Shown: one piece after another, positions 1 through 9,912 of the stretch | Layout: the number at the start of each line of letters is the position of its first letter | Numbering within the stretch: position 1 is the stretch's first letter | Source of the DNA: SAR86 cluster bacterium | GTDB taxonomy: Bacteria > Pseudomonadota > Gammaproteobacteria > Magnimaribacterales > AG-339-G14 | Direction: 5' to 3' | DNA length: 64,000 bases | Assembly (NCBI GenBank): GCA_028140145.1 | Contig: JAOIOC010000002.1 | Location: forward strand, 2,297 to 66,296 | The notes under the pieces: generated by a model | The model's database searches: none | The model's input: only the letters and a program-made list of their open reading frames with translations | What the model was told of the DNA's origin: nothing | Made by a program: the position numbers and the translations under genes

Positions 1-480
1 CAACCGTTAGAAGAATTAGATTTAGAAGAAGAAGTTGAGCCTTCACCAGAAGAAAAAATTTCCTCTCTTGAAGATCAGATGATGAGACTTCAAGCAGAAA
101 TGATTAATACACGAAAATCTGCTCAAAATGACATTGCACGCGCAAGAATATTCGGCTTAGAGTCATTTATGAAAGACTTGCTCTCAGTAATTGATAATCT
201 ATTTAGAAACCTAGATTTTAAAACCGAAGAAAATACTATTCCTGCGGATGGTTACGAGTTAATTTTGAGAGAGTTGGAAAATGTTCTTAGTAAAAATGGA
301 ATAGTTCTATTAGATCCTTTAGGAGATGAATTTGATCCAAAATTGCATGAAGCTATATCAACTTCAAATAATAAGGACAAAGGAAACAATATTATTTTAT
401 CCGTTGCACAAAAAGGCTGCACATTAAATGATCGACTTATTAGGCCTGCCCTTGTAGTAGTAAATAAAATCCCTCATTAA
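1..480 (+). CDS. grpE: Nucleotide exchange factor GrpE (5' end lies upstream of the window)
   Basis: Frame 1 is open from base 1 (QPLEELDLEEE...), so the listed ORF 79-480 is only the part after an internal Met. It has an acidic N-terminal region and a GrpE-like C-terminus, and sits immediately upstream of dnaK-dnaJ. Confidence 0.9.
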   Translation, partial: QPLEELDLEEEVEPSPEEKISSLEDQMMRLQAEMINTRKSAQNDIARARIFGLESFMKDLLSVIDNLFRNLDFKTEENTIPADGYELILRELENVLSKNGIVLLDPLGDEFDPKLHEAISTSNNKDKGNNIILSVAQKGCTLNDRLIRPALVVVNKIPH

Positions 481-481
481 T

Positions 482-509
482 CTTGTTTTTTCCTAAAAAA
501 GCCATATTT
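482..509 (+). promoter_or_regulatory. Candidate sigma-32 heat-shock promoter for dnaK-dnaJ
   Basis: CTTGttt at 482-488 and gCCATATtT at 501-509 resemble the CTTGAA / CCCCATnT heat-shock consensus. The spacer is about 1 nt shorter than I recall for the E. coli dnaK and groE promoters. Confidence 0.3.
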
Positions 510-532
510 AGGGTTAAAAGGAGATAAAAGTT

Positions 533-2455
533 ATGTCTAAAGTTATAGGAATTGATTTAGGAACCACTAATTCTTGTGTTGCTGTAATGGAAGGTAACCA
601 AGCAAAAGTTATTGAAAATTCAGAAGGTGCAAGAACAACACCATCTGTAGTGGCTTATACGGATGAGATTCTAGTCGGGCAGAGCGCTAAAAGGCAGTCT
701 GTAACAAACCCTGAAAATACTTTATATGCCATTAAAAGACTTATAGGTAGAAGATTTGAAGATGATGTTGTGTCAAAGGATAAAGACATGGTGCCATTTA
801 AAATCATTAAAGCAGATAATGGAGACGCTTGGGTCGAAGCAGGTGGAAAAGGCTTAGCACCACAACAAGTTTCTGCCGAAATTCTCAGAACCTTGAAGAA
901 AAGAGCTGAGGAATATCTAGGGCAAGAAGTAAAAGAGGCAGTCATCACTGTTCCTGCATATTTTAATGACTCTCAACGTCAAGCCACTAAAGATGCTGGA
1001 AAAATAGCTGGCCTTGATGTCAAGAGAATTATCAATGAACCTACGGCTGCTGCACTTGCTTTTGGTTTAGATAAAAAAACCTCTGATCAGAAAATTGCTG
1101 TTTATGATTTAGGAGGAGGGACATTTGATATTTCTATAATTGAACTTGCTGAGGTCGAAGGAGAAAAACAATTCGAAGTTCTTTCTACAAACGGAGATAC
1201 ATTTCTTGGTGGAGAGGATTTTGATATTGCCATAATCGATTATTTGGTTGATGAATTTAAAAAAGATCAGGGCGTTGATTTAAAAGCAGATCCTGCTGCG
1301 CTTCAGAGATTAAAAGAAGCTGCCGAAAAAGCAAAAATTGAATTGTCATCCAATCAGCAAACTGAAATTAATCTTCCTTATGTAACTGCAGATACTTCAG
1401 GGCCAAAACATCTACTTTATAAAATCACTAGAGCAAAATTCGAATCTTTGGTATCAGAATTGGTAGAGAGAAGCATAAAGCCCGTTGAAATTGCTATGAA
1501 AGATGCTGGCTTATCTCCATCTGACATATCTGATGTAATTTTAGTTGGCGGTCAGACTAGAATGCCTCTTGTTCAAGAGAAAGTTAAAGAATTTTTTGGG
1601 AAAGAGCCAAGACAGGATATTAATCCTGATGAAGCTGTCGCTATGGGCGCAGCTGTTCAAGGTGCGGTTTTAGCAGGAGATGTTACAGATATCCTATTGT
1701 TGGATGTAACTCCTTTAACGCTTGGGATAGAAACTTTAGGTGGTGTTGCAACTCCATTAATAGAGAAAAATACAACTATCCCAACTAATAAATCTCAAAT
1801 TTTTTCCACTGCAGAAGACAATCAAACAGCTGTAACAGTAAATGTTGTTCAAGGAGAGCGAAAACAAGCTGCTGATAATAAGCAATTAGGTCTTTTCAAT
1901 CTGGACGGTATTGCTCCTGCTCCTAGAGGCATGCCGCAAATTGAGGTAGCTTTCGATATCGATGCAAACGGAATATTAAATGTTTCAGCCAAAGACAAAG
2001 CAACTGGCAAAGAGCAAAAGATCACTATTCAGGCATCTGGAGGATTATCTGAAGATGAGATAGAAAAAATGGTTTCAGATGCCGAAGCGAACGCTGATAA
2101 CGATAAGAAGTTTGAGGAACTGGTAAACGCTAGGAACACAGCAGATACTCTCATTCATGGTTGTAAGAAAACTCTGGAAGAATCCAAAGATAAAGTTTCA
2201 GAAGATGAAAAATCTGCTATTGAGGCTGCAATTTCAGATTTAGAGGAAGCTCTAAAGGGAGATGATAAAGATAGCATAGAAGAGAAAACTAAAGCTTTAA
2301 CAGATGCTTCCTCATCAATGGCACAAAGACTTTATGCCGAACAGCAACAACAATCACAGGGAGCTGATCAAGCTAATGATAGCGATGATCAGGGATCGAA
2401 TGAAGAAAATGTTGTTGATGCTGATTTTGAAGAAGTAAAAGAAGAATCTAGATAG
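533..2455 (+). CDS. dnaK: Hsp70 chaperone DnaK
   Basis: Hsp70 signatures [21 protein letters not shown] and [11 protein letters not shown]; 640 aa with an acidic C-terminal tail; AGGAG-like RBS upstream. Confidence 0.98.
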   Translation: MSKVIGIDLGTTNSCVAVMEGNQAKVIENSEGARTTPSVVAYTDEILVGQSAKRQSVTNPENTLYAIKRLIGRRFEDDVVSKDKDMVPFKIIKADNGDAWVEAGGKGLAPQQVSAEILRTLKKRAEEYLGQEVKEAVITVPAYFNDSQRQATKDAGKIAGLDVKRIINEPTAAALAFGLDKKTSDQKIAVYDLGGGTFDISIIELAEVEGEKQFEVLSTNGDTFLGGEDFDIAIIDYLVDEFKKDQGVDLKADPAALQRLKEAAEKAKIELSSNQQTEINLPYVTADTSGPKHLLYKITRAKFESLVSELVERSIKPVEIAMKDAGLSPSDISDVILVGGQTRMPLVQEKVKEFFGKEPRQDINPDEAVAMGAAVQGAVLAGDVTDILLLDVTPLTLGIETLGGVATPLIEKNTTIPTNKSQIFSTAEDNQTAVTVNVVQGERKQAADNKQLGLFNLDGIAPAPRGMPQIEVAFDIDANGILNVSAKDKATGKEQKITIQASGGLSEDEIEKMVSDAEANADNDKKFEELVNARNTADTLIHGCKKTLEESKDKVSEDEKSAIEAAISDLEEALKGDDKDSIEEKTKALTDASSSMAQRLYAEQQQQSQGADQANDSDDQGSNEENVVDADFEEVKEESR

Positions 2456-2471
2456 ATTCTTATCAGTTCCA

Positions 2472-3551
2472 ATGAGTAAACGAGACTACTATGATGTTTT
2501 GGGAGTCTCTAAATCCTCCTCAAAAGATGAGCTAAAAAAAGCTTATAGAAAATTAGCAATGAAATATCATCCGGATAGAAATCCAGATGATCAGGAGGCA
2601 GCGGATAAATTCAAGGAACTATCTGAGGCATATGAAATTCTTTCTGACGATCAAAAAAGACAAGCCTATGATAACTTTGGCCATCAGGGAGTAAATTCTC
2701 AATATTCAAGTGCACAAGGTGCTGCAGATGCCTTTAGTGATATTTTTGGAGATATTTTTGGAGATATTTTTGGAGGGTCTACAAGGGGTAGATCGAGATC
2801 GACCGGTGCAGATCTAGCCTATAATTTGAGCATTTCACTTGAGGAAGCTGTAAGGGGGACAGAGGTTAGTCTTCAAATCCCATCAAAAGAAAGATGTTCT
2901 GGTAAGTTTTCCACTTGTTCTTATTGTTCTGGAGCAGGGGTTGTAAGGATGCAACAAGGCTTTTTTTCAATGCAACAAACTTGTCCTCAATGCAGAGGAG
3001 AAGGAGAGATACATGATCCTAATTGCAATATTTGTCATGGTCGGGGATATATCAAAAAAGATAAAACCTTGTCAGTGAAAATACCTGCAGGAATTGATTC
3101 GGGAGATAGAATAAGACTTTCAGGTGAAGGCGAGCCCGGATACGGCAATAATCCAAATGGAGACCTTTTCATCACGGTAGATATTCAGGAGCATAAAATA
3201 TTTCAAAGAGATGGAAGACATCTTTATTGCGAGATACCAATAAATTACATTGATGCCGTTCTTGGAGGAGACGTTGAAGTTCCAACTTTAGAAGGAAAGG
3301 TTAAATTAAAAATTCCCTCAGGAACGCAGAGTCATAAATTGATGAGACTTAAAGGTAAGGGAATCAGGCCTATTAATGGAGCATCAAAAGGGGATATATT
3401 AGTAAGGGTGCAGATTGAAACTCCAATTAATATATCGTCAGAGCAAAAAAAACTTCTTGAGCAACTTAAAGAATCATTCGATAAAGATCAGAATTCTCCC
3501 AAAGAGAAATCATGGTTTGAAAACGCTAGGGATTTTATGAGAGGGCAATGA
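2472..3551 (+). CDS. dnaJ: Co-chaperone DnaJ
   Basis: J-domain HPD motif (KYHPDRNP), G/F region [13 protein letters not shown], Cys-rich zinc-finger region ([24 protein letters not shown]) and a conserved C-terminal domain. Confidence 0.97.
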   Translation: MSKRDYYDVLGVSKSSSKDELKKAYRKLAMKYHPDRNPDDQEAADKFKELSEAYEILSDDQKRQAYDNFGHQGVNSQYSSAQGAADAFSDIFGDIFGDIFGGSTRGRSRSTGADLAYNLSISLEEAVRGTEVSLQIPSKERCSGKFSTCSYCSGAGVVRMQQGFFSMQQTCPQCRGEGEIHDPNCNICHGRGYIKKDKTLSVKIPAGIDSGDRIRLSGEGEPGYGNNPNGDLFITVDIQEHKIFQRDGRHLYCEIPINYIDAVLGGDVEVPTLEGKVKLKIPSGTQSHKLMRLKGKGIRPINGASKGDILVRVQIETPINISSEQKKLLEQLKESFDKDQNSPKEKSWFENARDFMRGQ

Positions 3552-4267
3552 TTAAATTATTCATATGCGGTATTTCAGGACGACTAGGATCTAGCATTGT
3601 TGATGAGGTAAAAAAAGCATCAAACATAAGCTTGATAGGAGGTTTAGTCAGCGGCAGGGAGGACTCTTCAAATATAAACTTAAGCTCACAAGGAGTTCAA
3701 ATCATTTCTGACTTAAACGACCTAACTGATGCTGATGTCGTAATTGATTGTTCTACTTCGCTAGATTTAATAAAAATTAAAGAAAAATGCGAACTAATCG
3801 GTGCTAGCTTAATTGTTGCTTCAACTGGAAAAGGAGATTTCAGGGAGATTTTTAATAATAAAAGTCTATCAATTCCTGTTTTAGCCGCACCTAATTTAAG
3901 TATCGGGATAGCTTTATTGAGCAATTTATTAAATTACGTTTCTGAAAAAAAGCATTCTTTGAAAAGAATTAATATCGAAGAAACTCATCATAATAAAAAA
4001 ATTGATACCCCTTCAGGCACTGCTTTGATGTTAAAAAAGGAGTTAATAGAAATATTTAATGTTGATGAAATTGAAATAATTTCAAATCGAGATGAATCTT
4101 CTGTAGGCACTCATAAAATTAATATATATCTTGAGGACGAGATTCTATCTCTAGAGCATAAGGCACTTGATAGAAAAGCATTTGCTTTGGGGGCTCTAAA
4201 TTTAATTGAATGGATTCATCGTAAATCCCCTGGAATATATTCAGTTCAAAATGCATTGAATAATTAG
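3548..4267 (+). CDS. dapB: 4-hydroxy-tetrahydrodipicolinate reductase
   Basis: N-terminal dinucleotide-binding GISGRLG and the DapB motif [21 protein letters not shown] overlap with dnaJ. The position after dnaJ matches Pseudomonas. Confidence 0.9.
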   Translation: MIKLFICGISGRLGSSIVDEVKKASNISLIGGLVSGREDSSNINLSSQGVQIISDLNDLTDADVVIDCSTSLDLIKIKEKCELIGASLIVASTGKGDFREIFNNKSLSIPVLAAPNLSIGIALLSNLLNYVSEKKHSLKRINIEETHHNKKIDTPSGTALMLKKELIEIFNVDEIEIISNRDESSVGTHKINIYLEDEILSLEHKALDRKAFALGALNLIEWIHRKSPGIYSVQNALNN

Positions 4268-4287
4268 TTTTCCTTTATATTCAGTTG

Positions 4288-4296
4288 TGATATAAA
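4288..4296 (+). promoter_or_regulatory. Candidate extended -10 promoter for rpsB-tsf (TGa-TATAAA within TGTGATATAAA)
   Basis: TGA at 4288-4290 is directly followed by TATAAA at 4291-4296. E. coli rpsB is known to use an extended -10 promoter with a very similar sequence, as far as I recall. There is no good -35 element, which is typical of this promoter class. Confidence 0.45.
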
Positions 4297-4321
4297 ACAC
4301 ACGCGAATGCTTAAAAACACA

Positions 4322-4383
4322 CTTGGATAAATCAAATATTTGGGTGCTGCTTTGCTTCGAAGCAGTTAAATATCTGATCCAAG
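4322..4383 (+). promoter_or_regulatory. Structured rpsB 5' leader (three-tier hairpin), candidate S2 autoregulatory element
   Basis: Nested complementary arms: CTTGGAT(4322-4328)/ATCCAAG(4377-4383), an inner ATATTT/AAATAT pair, and an apical CTGCTT-tgcttcg-AAGCAG. It lies in the largest non-coding gap of the window, directly upstream of rpsB. Confidence 0.5.
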
Positions 4384-4426
4384 GAAGAATAACCCGGCGT
4401 CATGCCTATAACAAAAGGAGCTAAAT

Positions 4427-5305
4427 ATGGAAATATCCATAGAACAGATGCTTAAAGCAGGTGTCCATTTCGGTCATCAAACAAGGTTTTGGAATCCTAA
4501 AATGGAGAAATTCATTTTTGGGTCTAGAAACAAGGTACACATAATTGATTTACAAAAGACTTTAGATTGCTTGGAGCCATCTCTAGACTTTTGCAAAAAA
4601 ATTGCATCCTCGAATAATAGAATTCTATTTGTGGGAACCAAAAGATCAGCAAGAGAAGTCATAAGACAAGAAGCAGAAAGGTGCGGTATGCCTTATGTAA
4701 ATCATAGATGGCTGGGAGGAATGCTGACAAATTATAAAACAATTAGAGCCTCAATAAGAAGATATGAGTTTTTAGTATCTCAGGAAGAAGAAGGTAAGTT
4801 TAACCAATACACAAAAAAAGAGGTTTTAAAGCTAAAAAAGGAAATGGATAAACTGGAAAGATCTATTGGAGGAATAAAGAATATGGGGGGACTTCCAGAA
4901 GCTTTATTCATTGTCGATGTAGAGAATGAGAAAATTGCTGTAGCTGAAGCTAAAAAAATGGGGATTCCTATTGTTGGTCTTGTAGATACAAACTCTGATC
5001 CTGATTCAGTGGATTATATTATTCCCGGAAATGATGATGCCATAAGGTCAATCTCTTTACTTGCGAGATTAGTCTCAAATGCTTGCCTTGAGGGAGCTGA
5101 GAAAGCCACGGGCATTAGAGGTGATGGTGATGGTCCAGTAATTGTAAAGAAATCCGATCTTGATAAGAAAGAAAAGGTAGATGCCAAAACTTCTTCCGAT
5201 GCAAAGGAAAAAAAACAAGTTAAGGAAGAATCTCCAGCCGAAAATGTTTCTGAGGAAAATGAATCTGTATCAGAACAGGTAGAATCCAATGAGGTAAAAG
5301 AATGA
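4427..5305 (+). CDS. rpsB: 30S ribosomal protein S2 with a Lys/Glu/Ser-rich C-terminal extension
   Basis: The N-terminus LKAGVHFGHQTRFWNPKM is the S2 signature. At 292 aa it is longer than the ~241 aa E. coli protein. GGAG RBS upstream. Confidence 0.97.
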   Translation: MEISIEQMLKAGVHFGHQTRFWNPKMEKFIFGSRNKVHIIDLQKTLDCLEPSLDFCKKIASSNNRILFVGTKRSAREVIRQEAERCGMPYVNHRWLGGMLTNYKTIRASIRRYEFLVSQEEEGKFNQYTKKEVLKLKKEMDKLERSIGGIKNMGGLPEALFIVDVENEKIAVAEAKKMGIPIVGLVDTNSDPDSVDYIIPGNDDAIRSISLLARLVSNACLEGAEKATGIRGDGDGPVIVKKSDLDKKEKVDAKTSSDAKEKKQVKEESPAENVSEENESVSEQVESNEVKE

Positions 5306-6144
5306 CTGAAATTAAAGCTGCAGATGTAAAATCTCTCAGAGATAAAACTGGTCTTGGAATTATGGAATGCAAAGCTGCCCTCAAGGAAACAGGAGGAAAT
5401 CTTGACGAGGCGGTGGAATATCTAAAAATTAATAGCAACTTAAAAGCAGAGAAAAAAGCTTCTAGAACAGCCGTTGAAGGTCTATTGCTAACAGCCAACA
5501 ATCTAATGGTTGAAGTTAATTGCGAGACTGATTTCGTTGCTAAAGATGAAAACTTTAAAACTTTTTGCCAAGAAGTTTTAAATTATTGTTTAGAGAATGA
5601 TTCGAAATCTATAGAAGAAATATCAGATGACCTTGAATCAGAAAGACAAAGCCTTGTTCAAAAGGTTGGAGAAAATGTAATTATCAGAAAAAAGGAATCT
5701 ATCGGAGGAGATAACTTGTATTCATACATCCATAGTAATGGGAAGGTCGGTGCTTTAGTTTCTCTTAAAGATGACAATGAAGAATTAGGAAAGGATATTG
5801 CTATGCACGTCACAGCATCCAATCCCAAATTTCTATCTCCAGAAGATGTAGACTCTGAAACAATTGAGAAAGAAAAACAAATTTTAAAGGCTCAGGTTGA
5901 AGATACAAATAAGCCAGAAGAAATTATTGAGAAAATGATCGAGGGCAGGTTAAATAAATTTCTATCTGAAATAAGTCTCCTTAAACAGCCTTTTGTTAAA
6001 GATCCTTCAACTTCAATTGAAAATATTCTTAATGATCACAAGAACTCTATTGTTGAATTTACACGTATAGAAGTAGGCGAGGGAATAGAAGTAGAGCAAA
6101 AGGACTTTGCTTCCGAAGTCCAAGCACAACTCCAAAATTCTTAA
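5302..6144 (+). CDS. tsf: Elongation factor Ts
   Basis: N-terminal UBA-like LRDKTGLGIMECKAAL and TDFVAKDENF. ATGA overlap with rpsB. Conserved rpsB-tsf pair. Confidence 0.96.
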   Translation: MTEIKAADVKSLRDKTGLGIMECKAALKETGGNLDEAVEYLKINSNLKAEKKASRTAVEGLLLTANNLMVEVNCETDFVAKDENFKTFCQEVLNYCLENDSKSIEEISDDLESERQSLVQKVGENVIIRKKESIGGDNLYSYIHSNGKVGALVSLKDDNEELGKDIAMHVTASNPKFLSPEDVDSETIEKEKQILKAQVEDTNKPEEIIEKMIEGRLNKFLSEISLLKQPFVKDPSTSIENILNDHKNSIVEFTRIEVGEGIEVEQKDFASEVQAQLQNS

Positions 6145-6855
6145 ATGGAATCAGCAAAACGCGTTCTTCTAAAGCTCAGTGGAGAGTGGTTTGCTGGGAA
6201 AAAGGAAAAAGGTTTTGATGAAAAAACGTTTGAAAGAATATCTTCAGCTATAGACTTTACTAAACAAAAAAAAATTCAACTAGGGATAGTCTTAGGAGGA
6301 GGAAATATCTTTCGAGGAAGAGATCTCAAAGACATAAAAATCGATAGAGTGTCTGCAGACTACATAGGAATGTTATCTACTATTATGAATGGGATAGCTT
6401 TATCAAACTTCCTTAGAGAAAAAGGCCATTCGAATAAACTTTTCTCTTCATTTGCTATTGGAAACTTTGTTCAAGCTTATAATACCGAAGATGCTTTAAA
6501 TGCTCTTATGAACAAAAAAGTTGTCCTATTAGTTGGGGGAATAGGAAATCCCCTTTTCACCACGGATTCAACTGCAAGCATAAGAGCAAATGAACTGGAA
6601 GTAGATTTTATGTTAAAAGCAACCAATGTAAATGGAGTTTATGATACGGATCCAAAAGAGAATCCAAAGGCCAAAAAATTTGAAAACTTAACTTTTGATG
6701 ATGCAATTAATCAAAACCTTCAAGTAATGGATCAAACTGCCCTTTGCTTTTGCAGAGATAATAATTTACAAGTTAGAGTATTCAATGCTGATGAAAAGGA
6801 CGGATTTGAAAAAGCAATATCTGGAGAAGAAATAGGTACATTACTTAAAAATTAA
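6145..6855 (+). CDS. pyrH: UMP kinase
   Basis: KLSGE and GGGNIFRG motifs, and its position between tsf and frr. Confidence 0.95.
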   Translation: MESAKRVLLKLSGEWFAGKKEKGFDEKTFERISSAIDFTKQKKIQLGIVLGGGNIFRGRDLKDIKIDRVSADYIGMLSTIMNGIALSNFLREKGHSNKLFSSFAIGNFVQAYNTEDALNALMNKKVVLLVGGIGNPLFTTDSTASIRANELEVDFMLKATNVNGVYDTDPKENPKAKKFENLTFDDAINQNLQVMDQTALCFCRDNNLQVRVFNADEKDGFEKAISGEEIGTLLKN

Positions 6856-6856
6856 T

Positions 6857-7414
6857 ATGTTAGAAGAAATAAAACAAGAGACTCTAGAGAGAATGGAAAA
6901 AAGCATTTCATCTCTTGAAAGCTCATTACAAAAAATAAGAACGGGCAGGGCTAATCCTTCTCTGCTAGACGCCATACAAATTGATTATTATGGGAACATG
7001 ACGCCACTTTCTCAAGTAAGTAACATTTCTGTTCAAGATGCAAAAACATTGTTGATTTCTCCTTGGGAAAAAAACTTAGTACCTGACATAGAGAAAGCAA
7101 TTCAGTCATCTGACTTAGGTATCAATCCAGCTACTTCAGGTGATGTCATTAGAGTCATTCTTCCAGATTTAACTGAGGAAACCAGAAGAGATCTAATTAA
7201 AGTAGCAAAATCAGAAGCAGAAAATTCAAAAATCGCTTTAAGGAATCAGAGAAGAGATGCCAACGGGCTGCTCAAAGAATATCTTAAAGAAAAAGAAATT
7301 AGTGAAGATGATGAAAGGCGGGGTCAAGAAATTATTCAGAATCTAACTGACGATTTTATTTCCAAGGTTGAGCAATTACTTGAATTAAAAGAGAAAGACT
7401 TACTTGAAATTTAG
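6857..7414 (+). CDS. frr: Ribosome recycling factor
   Basis: 185 aa with IRTGRANPSLLD and the DLTEETRRDL motif. Conserved pyrH-frr order. Confidence 0.96.
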   Translation: MLEEIKQETLERMEKSISSLESSLQKIRTGRANPSLLDAIQIDYYGNMTPLSQVSNISVQDAKTLLISPWEKNLVPDIEKAIQSSDLGINPATSGDVIRVILPDLTEETRRDLIKVAKSEAENSKIALRNQRRDANGLLKEYLKEKEISEDDERRGQEIIQNLTDDFISKVEQLLELKEKDLLEI

Positions 7415-7419
7415 TTTCT

Positions 7420-8124
7420 ATGACGAGCAATTCATCCAATAAGATTGGTCATGTGGCCATAATAATGGATGGAAACTCAAGATGGGCAAGGCAAAGGAAC
7501 CTAAAGACAATTCAAGGTCATAAGCAGGGAGTAAATCGATTAAGAGATATTGTTAAATATTCTGCAAAATCTGAAATAACCCATTTATCTGTATTTGCTT
7601 TTAGCACAGAAAATTGGAAAAGATCTGCTTCAGACGTTTCAGATTTAATGAAACTCTTTCTTCAATCAATAATTAAAGAAGTTCCAGAATTAATTGAAAA
7701 CAAGGTTCAGCTAAATTTTATTGGTGACATCCCTCGTTTCTCTAAATCTCTTGTATCCCAAATTAATTCTGCCATGAAGGATACTCAAACCAAGAAACCA
7801 AACCTTAATCTTAATGTTGCCATAAGTTACGGTGGCAGATGGGATATTCTGAATGCTATAAAGAGGATCAAAGATCATAAAATAAATACAGACAAATTAA
7901 GTGAAGATGACTTCTCTAATCTTCTATCGACTTCTGATTTTCCGGATCCAGATTTATTGATAAGAACAGGAGACGAAATTCGTATAAGTAACTTCTTTCT
8001 TTGGCAGATATCATATTCGGAGTTGTATTTCTCAAAATTACTATGGCCTGATTTTAAATTATCTAATTTTAAATCTGCATTAAATAAATTCTCTACAAGA
8101 GATAGACGATTTGGAAAGGAATAA
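7420..8124 (+). CDS. uppS: Undecaprenyl diphosphate synthase
   Basis: HVAIIMDGNSRWA, FAFSTENWKR and RTGDEIRISNFFLWQ, which are cis-prenyltransferase signatures. Confidence 0.95.
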   Translation: MTSNSSNKIGHVAIIMDGNSRWARQRNLKTIQGHKQGVNRLRDIVKYSAKSEITHLSVFAFSTENWKRSASDVSDLMKLFLQSIIKEVPELIENKVQLNFIGDIPRFSKSLVSQINSAMKDTQTKKPNLNLNVAISYGGRWDILNAIKRIKDHKINTDKLSEDDFSNLLSTSDFPDPDLLIRTGDEIRISNFFLWQISYSELYFSKLLWPDFKLSNFKSALNKFSTRDRRFGKE

Positions 8125-8126
8125 TA

Positions 8127-8750
8127 ATGATTAGATGGATATCGGGCATAGCTCTAGGATTCCTTTTTCTTGCTTATATACTCTTATCTCCATCCTTCTT
8201 TTTTAACTTTGGATTGATAATTATTTTTGGCATTTCAATCTATGAGCTTATCAAGTTGAGAGTTTTCTCTCTTCAATCTCTTTTAGCTTTTATTCTTATA
8301 GTAACCGCAATCTTATGTTTATATTTATACGAGCTGGAACGATCCTTGATCTTGATAGCGGTTATGATTTCAGTTGCAACCGATGCATTTGCATTCTTTG
8401 CAGGTAAAGTTTTAGGCAGAAATAAAATATTCCCTATTATAAGTCCCAATAAAACTTTAGAGGGAACGATCGGGGGAGTAGTTTCATCAGTTGTGATCAA
8501 TTCTCTGATAATAACTTTGATTTTCCAAAACTCATTAAAAACTTTGGATGTAATCATGCTTACTCTTATGATCTTTATTTGTGCAGTAGCAGCTGTGTCT
8601 GGTGACCTGTTAATAAGCTCCATAAAAAGACAAGCTAATTTGAAAGATACAGGGAGCCTCATACCTGGCCATGGTGGACTGTTAGATCGGATTGATAGTC
8701 ACATCCTATGTATTCCAGTATTTTTTGTTTTATATGAGGTTCTTCTATGA
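8127..8750 (+). CDS. cdsA: Phosphatidate cytidylyltransferase (short form, 207 aa)
   Basis: C-terminal signature SSIKRQANLKDTGSLIPGHGGLLDRIDS. Multi-TM protein located between uppS and dxr, as in Pseudomonas. Confidence 0.88.
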   Translation: MIRWISGIALGFLFLAYILLSPSFFFNFGLIIIFGISIYELIKLRVFSLQSLLAFILIVTAILCLYLYELERSLILIAVMISVATDAFAFFAGKVLGRNKIFPIISPNKTLEGTIGGVVSSVVINSLIITLIFQNSLKTLDVIMLTLMIFICAVAAVSGDLLISSIKRQANLKDTGSLIPGHGGLLDRIDSHILCIPVFFVLYEVLL

Positions 8751-9910
8751 AGACAGTGCTTATTCTGGGATCAACTGGGTCTATAGGAAAAAGTACGCTT
8801 GAAGTGCTGGATCTTCATAAAGAAAATTTTAAGTGTATCGGCTTAAGCGCAAATAAAAATTTTCAAGCTTTGCACGAGCAGGCAAATAAATATTCAGTTA
8901 AAAATATTTGCATACAGGACGGCTCTACCTCAGAAACTGATATTGAAAAGAACTCAGACATAAAAATTTATAGAGGCTCTGATGGCCAAAGTGAAATGAT
9001 TAGAGATATGGATGCAGACATCGTAGTTGTTGGAATTGCAGGTGCAATTGGCCTTGAAGCAACTCATGAGGCCATAAAAACTGGCAAAAGAGTATTGATC
9101 GCTAATAAAGAGCCGCTGGTAATGTGCGGCGAATTCTTATTGAATGAGGCTAAAAAATATCAATCAGAAATAATACCTCTCGATTCTGAGCATTCTGCTA
9201 TTTTCCAATGCCTTCAAGGTTCTTCTAAAGATGATGTAAATAAAATCATATTATGTTGCTCAGGTGGTCCATTTTGGGATAAAAAAATTGAATCTTTTGA
9301 AAAGATAACTGTCCAAGATGCATTGAATCATCCTATTTGGAAAATGGGAGAAAAAATATCAATTGATTCTTCAACCTTGATGAATAAATCTTTAGAGATC
9401 ATAGAGGCATCGGTTTTATTTGGGGTAGATGCTAATAAAATAGACGTTGTGATTCACCCTCAACACATTGTTCACTCAATGGTTGAGTTTAAGGATGGCT
9501 CAATACTTTCTAATTTATCAGCACCCGATATGAAAGCCTCAATATCGTATGGATTAGGATTTCCTAAGAGGCTTGAATCTGGAATAGAAAGACTATCTTT
9601 TTCTGATCTTTCTTTAAATTTTTTTGAGCCTGATCATAAAAAATTTCCAACTTTAGATTACGCAAAAAAAGCTTTATCTTTGGGAGGGAACCTTCCCTTA
9701 ATTCTAAATTCATTCAATGAAGTTGCTGTTGATCTTTTCTTGCAAGAAAAAATAAATTACCTAGATATCTTTCAATTGATTAGTCATGCTTTTGATGCGA
9801 AAGATAGTCTAGACATAAATATAAAATTTGATACTGTTGACGAAATCTTGCATTTAGAAGCCTTATCTAAAAAACAGGCTAAAGTTTATGCAGAGAGATA
9901 TACTTTCTAA
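8747..9910 (+). CDS. dxr: 1-deoxy-D-xylulose 5-phosphate reductoisomerase
   Basis: N-terminal ILGSTGSIGKSTL, plus LDSEHSAIFQC and HPIWKMG motifs. Confidence 0.95.
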   Translation: MKTVLILGSTGSIGKSTLEVLDLHKENFKCIGLSANKNFQALHEQANKYSVKNICIQDGSTSETDIEKNSDIKIYRGSDGQSEMIRDMDADIVVVGIAGAIGLEATHEAIKTGKRVLIANKEPLVMCGEFLLNEAKKYQSEIIPLDSEHSAIFQCLQGSSKDDVNKIILCCSGGPFWDKKIESFEKITVQDALNHPIWKMGEKISIDSSTLMNKSLEIIEASVLFGVDANKIDVVIHPQHIVHSMVEFKDGSILSNLSAPDMKASISYGLGFPKRLESGIERLSFSDLSLNFFEPDHKKFPTLDYAKKALSLGGNLPLILNSFNEVAVDLFLQEKINYLDIFQLISHAFDAKDSLDINIKFDTVDEILHLEALSKKQAKVYAERYTF

Positions 9911-9912
9911 TC

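Noticed and set aside
2739-2774. Three tandem copies of the 12-nt unit GATATTTTTGGA.
   Set aside because: The repeat encodes the conserved [12 protein letters not shown] of the DnaJ G/F region (E. coli has DIFGDVFGDIFGG). It is a protein-level motif, not a mobile or regulatory repeat.
8273-8662. 129-aa ORF antisense to cdsA.
   Set aside because: It overlaps the conserved CdsA signature region on the opposite strand, and there is no supporting signal.
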